Positions 54,903 through 64,000 of a DNA stretch of 64,000 nt are shown piece by piece (within the stretch, counting starts at the first letter, position 1; each line of letters begins with the position of its first letter). The position numbers and the translations under genes were made by a program. The DNA is from Chrysomallon squamiferum. Lineage: Eukaryota > Animalia > Mollusca. Under the pieces are notes generated by a model. That model saw only the letters and a program-made list of their open reading frames with translations, searched no databases and was not told where the DNA came from. Location: the NCBI GenBank assembly GCA_012295275.1, contig CM022667.1, positions 16,616,001 through 16,680,000 of the forward strand, in the 5' to 3' direction.

Positions 54903-55726
54903 GTTGCCGCTTTTCGTTTGTGACATGAGTCAGTATTGACAACGCTTAAGCAGCTGTTTCCACAAGCGCAATGTGAAGCCTCTGTTTGGTAAATAGTTTA
55001 AGTATGTATAGAAAAGATCGGTGATGTTCAATGCTGACAGCAGATCCCATCACGAGCGAAATATTGATATTAAAATAGTAAGGGTTTATCATGTCTATCA
55101 TGTTTCTTTCCCAATATTCAGACATTTTTGGACAAGATTGATTTATTTCTACCGGTTTTCTTTAATTATAAATACTCATACCATTACAGATACCATACCA
55201 TTTAAAAAAATCAGGTTCGATTTTTTCATCTCTTTACATATTCATGAGAGAGAGAGAGTAAAATAAAATTATCTCTAAACAAGATATATCTACAGTAGCT
55301 TCCAAGTCATTTACTCAGTCTGTTTCGAATTTTCCCAGATAATTACAATACTAAATAATGTCACTAAACGAAAAATCACTGAGCATCTCTACAGTTATAC
55401 GGTAAATTAGCCTAACTTGTAATTCATTTTATTTCGTTTTAATCTTATTTGAAATTAAAATTAAATAATTATGTCTTTGAACCAATAATATATTCAGATA
55501 ATCGTACTCCAGATTAGTTTATCTATGTATGTATGTATGTATGTATGTATGTATATATCTATGTATGTATGTGTTTATGTATGTGTATGTATGTATGTAT
55601 GTTAGAGTATATTTCAACGTATTTATAAATATTTCTATACTGTCCAATAATAACATTCTTTACAATACATTAAATTTATATCGGCTCTTTCTACCTTCAT
55701 ATTTCTGTCTGGACTCCCTATTATTA

Positions 55727-55782
<56 letters not shown>

Positions 55783-56019
55783 TACTACTACTACTACTAC
55801 TACTTCTACTACTACTACAACTAATATTACTATTATTAACATTATCATTATTATTACTATGATTTGTTATTACTGACTTTGTTGAGGCTGTAGTTACAAT
55901 TACTATTGCTGTGGCGGATTCTGATGATATAATTTGTGTAACTGTTACTATATCACTACTAACAATAACAGCAACAACAACAACAACAACAACACTAATA
56001 ATAATAATAATAAGTACAC

Positions 56020-56430
56020 GTTACCCTGAGTCGTAATACTACAATTCAAACAGAAGACCATGTCAACAGCCACTTGTCGCTTTTCGATTTCGTGTTTTGT
56101 ATACATTTACTTTATTTTATTATATGAATTCATTCATAGAAAAGTATCCTTAAGTATACGTATGTATTTGCTTCTATCTATCTATGTTTGTGTATTTGTA
56201 TGTCTGAATATATGTGTATGTTTGTTTCTGTATCTGTGCCTGTGTCTGTGTTTGCCTATGGGTGCATATGTGTTTGTGTGCAAGAGAGAGAGAGAAAAAG
56301 AGAAGAAGGAGAAAAGCATGTTAACAGCCATGTTGTCGCTTTTCGCTTGTATCGAGAATTAGTATTGATAAAGTGTAAATAACAATTTCCACTTGCGCTG
56401 GTTGATGCCTCCTTTTGGTAAAAAAGCTAA
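56020..56430 (-). pseudogene. Two broken signal-exon/promoter remnants
   Basis: ~56025-56075 is an internally deleted signal exon with ATG>GTG. ~56312-56430 holds the first codons (MAVNMLF) plus upstream region only. Confidence 0.65.
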
Positions 56431-57354
56431 GTATGTAAATCTTGTCACGAGTGACATATAGAGATTGAAATGATAAGGGATGATCTCAGGCTTAAATTTG
56501 TAAATGAATCTATTAGAATCCCATCTCTCTTGCACTCTCTTTTGTCAATTTTAGAAAAGCTTCTACCAGTTTCCTTTAATTTTAAATATTGTACGACATA
56601 TACCCTCAAATTAATGAAAAGGTCATGTTCGATTTCTTCAACCCTGTGCAATTTGATCATGCATCATTAAGAAAAATTCTTGTTTAATTTTGGTGTTTTG
56701 TATACATTTACTTTATTTTATTATGTGAATCCATTTATTGAAAAGTATCATTATTATATGTATATGTATTTCTATGTGTGTACGCATATATGAGTGTGTG
56801 TGCATGTGTGTGTTTCTGTGTGCTTCTGGGTGCGTATGTATGTGTGTGAAAGATAGAGACTGAGAGCGAAAACTTTACACTTATTAACTCAAAGAGTGAG
56901 AAAGAGAAAGAGGGACAGAAAGAAAGTCCAATAAAACTCCCTATAAACAAAATATATTTACTGTAGCTCCCAAATCATTTTCTCAGTCTTTTACAATTTT
57001 GTCCAAATTCATTGCAGCACTAAATAATGTTACTAAAAGAAAAATTACTGACAGTCAACAGGTCTACACTAATATAGATTGATGATCTTAATAATAACAC
57101 TGATGACAGAGGAAGATGAAGGATTTTATTCAGTACCAAATATATTTTTCAACAGAGAATATAATCTTTAATTTCTAATAACTCAGATGTAACCTTTATA
57201 GAGTAAATTAACCTAAATTGTAATTGATTTTATTTCTTTTGAATCTTTCGTAAAATTAAATATAAATAACCACGTCCTTCATCATACATTCAGGTAATCT
57301 GCAAGTATATTATGTATGTATGTATGTATGTATGCATGTATGTATGTATGTATG

Positions 57355-57385
<31 letters not shown>

Positions 57386-57492
57386 GTGTATTAATATATG
57401 TTAGAGTATATATATGGACGCATTAATGAAAATTTGTATATACCTGTCCATTATTTCATATAACATTATAATGAATATTCATTATTTAGCTA

Positions 57493-60400
57493 CTAAATAT
57501 TTCTTATATCAAAAGAAAAAGTTATTTCTCTTTTGTCTATGAGAACGCTTGTATAGGTGGTGGTGTTGTAGATCTCGGTGTTTGTGCTGTAGAACTCGGT
57601 TGGTGGTGTATAACTCGGTTGCTTTGTAGTGGGTGCGGAACACAAAGCCACGCCATATCCTGGTTGCCACGAACCAATAACTAGTACTTGTGGAGGACAT
57701 TTACAGTCACCATCATCACTAAAGTATTTCTGTTCATCTCCTTGTAACACGTGTCCTGATGGCGTTTTCCAGTTTCGTACTGTATTAATAATAATAATAA
57801 TAATAATAATAATTATTATTATTATAATTATAATAATAATAATAATATATTTGTATTGTATACTCTAGTATTATTACAATTTCTAAAAGCACTTCTGTTT
57901 TTGCTAATAATACTAATGTTGTACTACTCCTGATATATTTAATGCTACTACCACTACTACTACTCCAAATACTACCCCTAATTATGTTACTAATACTGTT
58001 ATTATTACAATTAAGGTATTACTAGAAGCACTGATTATACTACTGCCACAACTATTCCCCGTCATTAGTTTCTCAGTCTTAATTACTGGCTGTTGCTATT
58101 ACACTTTCCACTAGAAAATCAACACCAACAACTGCTACTACTACTTCTACTGCTACCACTATTACTACCAATACTAGTACCACTTCTACTATACTACCAC
58201 TCGTGCTACTACACAACTACATCCACTAAAAATAATAAGAATAGCATTATTATAACTAATCGTACCATTAATGCTAACATTTTGCCTACAACTACTAAAA
58301 CTAATTGCTCCAACTACCACAAGTAATACCACGATTATTACTACTAACGAGACAACTAATAATTTGACTAGTACTGTTGGTATAAGGAGATACCGAAATG
58401 TTTTCTACCTTCACATGTGTATCTTCCACACCCATCAGGTCCTTCATGATCGAAACACATTGGCGATAAATAATCAGCGTATATACAAAGAATTTCTAAT
58501 TCAGATGAAGAATCATAACTAGGCTGACAACGACACTCGTGCGAACAAGGATCATAGACTGGGACGACTTCTCCAGGTCTGTACATTTGTCCATTGTGAG
58601 AGCAGTGAGGTGGCATTGCAGGTGTGGATATAGGTGGCGGCAGCTCTGTAGTGTATGTTGAAAAATAAGGACAACAACACCACCACCAACAACAACAATA
58701 ACAACAACAGTAACAACAACAACAACAACAACAACAGTAATAATAATAATAATCATAATAATAATAATAATAACAATGATGATGATGATGATGATGATGA
58801 TGTTGATGTTGACGATAACAACAACAATAAAGATCAAAACAATGAAAATGATAATGATAATAATAATAATAACAATAACAATAAAGATCAAAACAATGAA
58901 AATGATAATGATAATAATAATGACAATAACAATAATAAGAACAACAACAATAACAATAGCTGTTATAATAACAATTTTAATAATAATAATAATATTACTA
59001 GTAGTACTAATAGTGATAATAATAATTTTATTGTATACTCTAGTATGATAACAACTTCTACTATTTCTCCTACCAAAATAATTTTTACTAATAATATTAA
59101 TACTGTAACGACTCTTACTATTTTTAACACAACTACTACAAGAACTATTACTACTGCTACTGCAAATACTAATTATGATACATTAGCTATTAGTAATACT
59201 ATTATTATTACAACTAGCATATTACTTGCAACATTGATTCTACCACTGCCACAGGTTTTACGAGTCCTCGACGAAAAGAGTTTCTCAGTTTCCATTACTG
59301 GCTGTTAGTATTATAACAACTTTTACTACTACTATATTACTAAAATTACTCCTAATATTTTCATTAATAATACTAATATTGTAACTACTTCTACAACATT
59401 TACTACTACTACAACAACAACTACTACTACTCCAAATACCACTACAGCGAAACCTCGGGTTACGAACTTAATTCGTTCCAGAACCCGTTTCTTAAACAGA
59501 AATGTACGTAAACCGAAGCGATGTCAGACACACGGAAGCCAAACTCATGTTTTGCAATTATTTCTTTCTTAATCTCTACTGTGATACCTCTATACTTTCC
59601 ATCATCATTATCGCTTTCACTTTTTGTTTTCTTCGGCGCCATATTGGATAGGGTATAATAAAAAAAAACACACATAAAAGCAGCAACAGTTTAAAAAGAA
59701 TCGAGCGCACAATCTCAATGCAAAAGCTACTGAGCTGCAGCTGCATATAGCAGACTAAAGGCGCTAATTCATGGTATATATTTGCTATAGGGCATGCCTG
59801 TAATCGTTACTTTAAACTCGGTTTTGACTTAAGCATATATTTTTATCTTTACTACCTGTTGACGTCAAAACCGACGTCAAAAGAAAGCTTGTCGTAGCGC
59901 GTCGCTGTAGTTCGTAACTCGGGACATTACACGTAAACCGAGACAAAACTTGCCCAGGATCACGGTTCCGTAATCCGATTTGTTCGAGCTTCGAGGCTTC
60001 GTAACCCGAGATTCTAGTGTACTAATATGATACCAATACATTTGCTATTACTAATACTATTACTATTACATTTAGGACATTACTAGAAGCACATACCCTA
60101 CTATTGCCACACGTTTTACAAGACCTCCACAACAATAGTCTCTTAGTCTTCATTACTGGCTGTTACTATTACTCTCGCTATAAAATCAACCAGTACTTCT
60201 ACTATTACTACTACTATCGATACTATTATATTACTACCACTTCTTCTATTAATTCTACTATTAATTAAAAGTCTAACATTATTATTACTAATCCTACCAT
60301 TAATGGTAATAGTAAGCTTGCAACTACTGATATTAATTGCTCGAAATACCACTACTAATACTACTACTACTAATAATAATTATTATAATTATAACATTAT

Positions 60401-60581
60401 TACAACTATGGCGAATACTAATAATTAAGACTTTCACTTCTTGTGTGTGAACTTTACATTACATATAAGCAGTCGTTTCAGTATACCTACAAGTAGACAT
60501 TTACAGTAACCATCATCACTAAAGTATTTGTGTTCTTCTCCTCGTAACACGTGTCCTAATGGCGTTTTACAGTTACGTTCT

Positions 60582-60631
<50 letters not shown>

Positions 60632-63085
60632 TAAAATAATAAATAATAATAAATAATGATCCTTTTTATTGTCTTATAACTCTAGCATTATAACAGCTTA
60701 TACTACTTCTCCTACTATAATTATTTTTACTAAAGATATTAATAATTTAACCACTATTACTACTGTAACAACTGTTACTACCACTACTCCAAATAGTACT
60801 AAATTATGATACCAATACATTTGCTATTACTAATACTATTACTATTACAACTAGCATTTTACTCGATGCACTGATTCCACTACTGCCAGAACTTTTACAA
60901 GTCCTCCTCGACAATAATTTCTATGTCTTCATTACTGGTTGTTACTGCTAGGGTTGCCACTATAAAATCAACGACAACAACTAGTACTACTTTTGCTACT
61001 ATACTACTACTACTACTACTACAAATACTACTGCCACCTCTACCACTGATTTAACTACTTCTACTACTATTCGAGCTACTATTACAACCGCTATTACTAA
61101 TAAGAAGAATAACATTATTATTACTAATCCTACCATCAGTGGTAACAGTAAGCCTACAACCATTAAATCTAATTGCTCCAACTACCACTAATAATACCAC
61201 TACTACTAATAACACTACGATCACTACTACTAACGAGACTACTAATAATTAGATTTTTAATTCTTCTAGTACTGTTGGTATAAGGAGATACCGAAATATT
61301 GTCTACCTTCACAGGTGTAGCTTCCACAGGCATCAGGTCCTTCAGGATCGAAACACATTGGTGCTAAATAATCAGCGTACGTACAAATAATTTCTAATTC
61401 AGATGGAGAATCATAACCAGGCTGACAACGACACTCGAACGAACAAGGCTCATAGTCTGGAACGACTTGTCCAGGTCCATACATTTGTCCATTGTGAGAG
61501 CAGTGAGGTGGCATTGCAGGTGTGAATGTAGGTGGCGGCAGCTCTGTAGTGTGTGTGAGAAAATAAAACAAATAATACTAGTAATAACAATAGCAATAAC
61601 AACAACAACAACAACAACAACAATAATAATAACAATAAAAACAACATTAACAATAAAAATAATGAAAATGAAACTAATAATGATAGTGATACTAATAATA
61701 ATATTATTAATAATAACAATACCTCTTTCTTCTTCTTTTTTTATGATTTATTGGGCATTGAAACAACTACTTGATGATATCAATATGTCTCTAGTGTTTG
61801 TTATCACCACCATAGCCGGATGTAAGCTTAGTCTAAACAAGCTTGGGTTGTATAGTCTCAGAATTTCTGTTTATGTATTTATGAATAAATAAACAGTGAA
61901 ACATAATATATATTTACAAACCGATTTAATCTAATTTACAATGTTAACGTTATCAACATAAGACTTTATGAGAATTAATGTCCAATATTATTAATAAATA
62001 TTTCGTAACTGACTATCGAATAATATTGGCGGCATTCTTCTAACTTTCCATAGTTCACTGCAGAGTTTAAACTTTTAATATCATATCGATACTCATTTAA
62101 CGAGAAGAAGACAGAGATAATTCTTAATATTATCTAAACTATTCTCTGCACTCAGACATACTAAAAGGTTTATGACCTTCAGGAGATATGTGTAGCACAA
62201 AATGTAAATTTCACATTTGATTTCTTGACATTTGAATATACGCTAAGTCTCTTATGCGAGAAAATATGAAGAAACGTGACTTTCGAGTTAGTGTGAGAAA
62301 ACAGCAGATAAATGAAAAGCAAACTCACCCAGACGAAGTTTTTCATGTGCTATTAAAGGACAGAGGAGACAAATATACAACATGGTATTATGAGAGTGAA
62401 ATGTATTCAGTAAATAAAACTTGGAACTGTGACATCGGGTTTTCCGAAGCTTATCAACAGAGTAAAAAATAAACCCACGAGTGGATGCTTTATATTTGTG
62501 TGTTGTTGTGTTTCGTTGTTGTGGTTTTGTTGTTGTTGTCTGTTTTCTTGTATTCTTGTTGTTGTTGTTGTTTTTCTGTTTATTCATATATTGTTAGTGA
62601 GTTCAGTACATCCATCTTAACGTCACAGAAAAGCGACAGTCTCCTCTGAGCTATACGTCACATACATTCGAGTGTCAACAGTTATAATAATAATAATAAT
62701 GATAATGATAATAAAAATATTATTATTATTATTATTATTATTAACATCATCTTTATTATCACTACTGTGATGTTATTACTGATACTGTTGAGAATGTAGT
62801 TATTATTATTATTATTTCTCTGACATTGTTGAGGCTGTAGTTGTCATTATTATTATTATTTATGCGTAAGATGCTGATGATAATATTGCTGTAGCTGTTA
62901 TATTAACAACAACAACAACAACTAGAGCAACAATAAGAAAAAGAAGAACAACAACAACACCAACAACAACAACATTAGCGAAAAAATAATAATAATAAGT
63001 ACAAATTACCTTCAGTTGTTGGCATTGACACGACAGACGAAATAATAAAATTCACACACAACAACAAGAGCATGTTAACAGCCAT
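57493..63085 (-). CDS. Array unit 8: SP + internally duplicated [VWC-like + 4-Cys] modules
   Basis: Exons 63010-63085 (MAVNMLLLLCVNFIISSVVSMPTTE), 61307-61543 (8-Cys V1), 60487-60579 (truncated 4-Cys module), 58409-58645 (8-Cys V2), 57493-57779 (VRNWKTPSG...CKCPPQ...GVALCSAP..., Cys1>Trp). All frame-compatible; the actual splice path is uncertain. Confidence 0.65.
59445..60019 (-). mobile_element. Internally deleted Tigger/pogo transposon (575 bp) with transposase N-terminal remnant
   Basis: Imperfect TIRs CAGCGAAACCTCGGGTTACGAA / CACTAGAATCTCGGGTTACGAA, TA flanks. Minus-strand MAPKKTKSESDNDDGKYRGITVEIKKEIIAKHEFGFRVSDIASVY from 59642 resembles the CENP-B/TIGD N-terminal HTH. The paralogous intron at ~29721-29750 shows the empty site. 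Confidence 0.88.
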
Positions 63086-63319
63086 GTTGTTGCTTTTCGT
63101 TTCTGACGTGACTCAGTATTCATGGCGTTTAAATAAAAGTTTCCACATGCGCAGTTTGATGCCTGTGTTTGGTAAATAGGTTAACTATGTTTAGAAAAGA
63201 CTGGTGACGTGCAATGCTGAAAGCGGCGCTTATCACCAGCGTAACATAGATACTAAAATACACAGAGTTTATCATGTCTATCAGTCTCAGTCTCTCAGTT
63301 TTTAAATGTTACTGTTAGA

Positions 63320-63444
<125 letters not shown>

Positions 63445-63489
63445 TCTCTCTCTCTCCCTCTCTCTCTCTCTCTGTCTCTCAGTCTCATC

Positions 63490-63577
<88 letters not shown>

Positions 63578-64000
63578 ATATATATTCATACAGATAAATG
63601 AAGGTGACAAAATATTTTTGAAAAGAACAAAATATATACTTAAATGGAGAGATTCTATGTAATTAAATTTTGAGATACTTGACAATTTTCCAAAACCTTC
63701 TACCAGATTCCTTAATTTCAAATTGTGTACAACATTTACCAGTAAATTAAAAAATAAAGTCAGCTTCGATTTCTTCACCTCTGTACAAATTGATCGTGCA
63801 TCATTCAGGAAAAATCTACTTTCATTTTAGTGTTTTTTATACATTATTTTATTATGTGAATTCATTTATAGAAAAGTATCCTTATCTATGTGCATGTATC
63901 TGCTTCTATCTGTGTATTTGTATGTTTGTATATATATATACTGTGTGTGTGTGTCTGTGTGTGTGTGTCTGTGTGTGCTGTTGTGTATGCCTGTGGGTGC

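Overview
AT-rich, microsatellite-laden eukaryotic (animal) DNA, most likely molluscan and possibly cephalopod. That assignment is inferred from protein motifs and repeat profile, not proven. The window has three parts. (1) 4292-15050 (+): a 13-coding-exon gene for a ~963-aa type I membrane mosaic protein: signal peptide, 2 CCP/sushi, F-type-lectin-like, CCP, degenerate discoidin-like, 2 kringles plus a degenerate kringle, Thr-rich mucin stalk, TM. (2) DNA transposons: a full-length but inactivated Buster-type hAT (17807-20438, 8-bp TSD) carrying a nested hAT MITE, and two Tigger/pogo-type elements. (3) About 21.9-63.1 kb (-): a tandem array, largely invisible in the ORF track, of small secreted cysteine-rich protein genes. 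They are built from one conserved signal-peptide exon (7 copies plus remnants) and interchangeable phase-1 exons: an 8-Cys VWC-like module, a 4-Cys FN1/half-VWC-like module, 5-6-Cys pacifastin-like modules and a Pro/Glu spacer. The array shows birth-and-death evolution, exon shuffling and a strong excess of amino-acid-changing substitutions, and is the best candidate for an undescribed system here. All exon models were read by eye from splice sites and need RNA confirmation.
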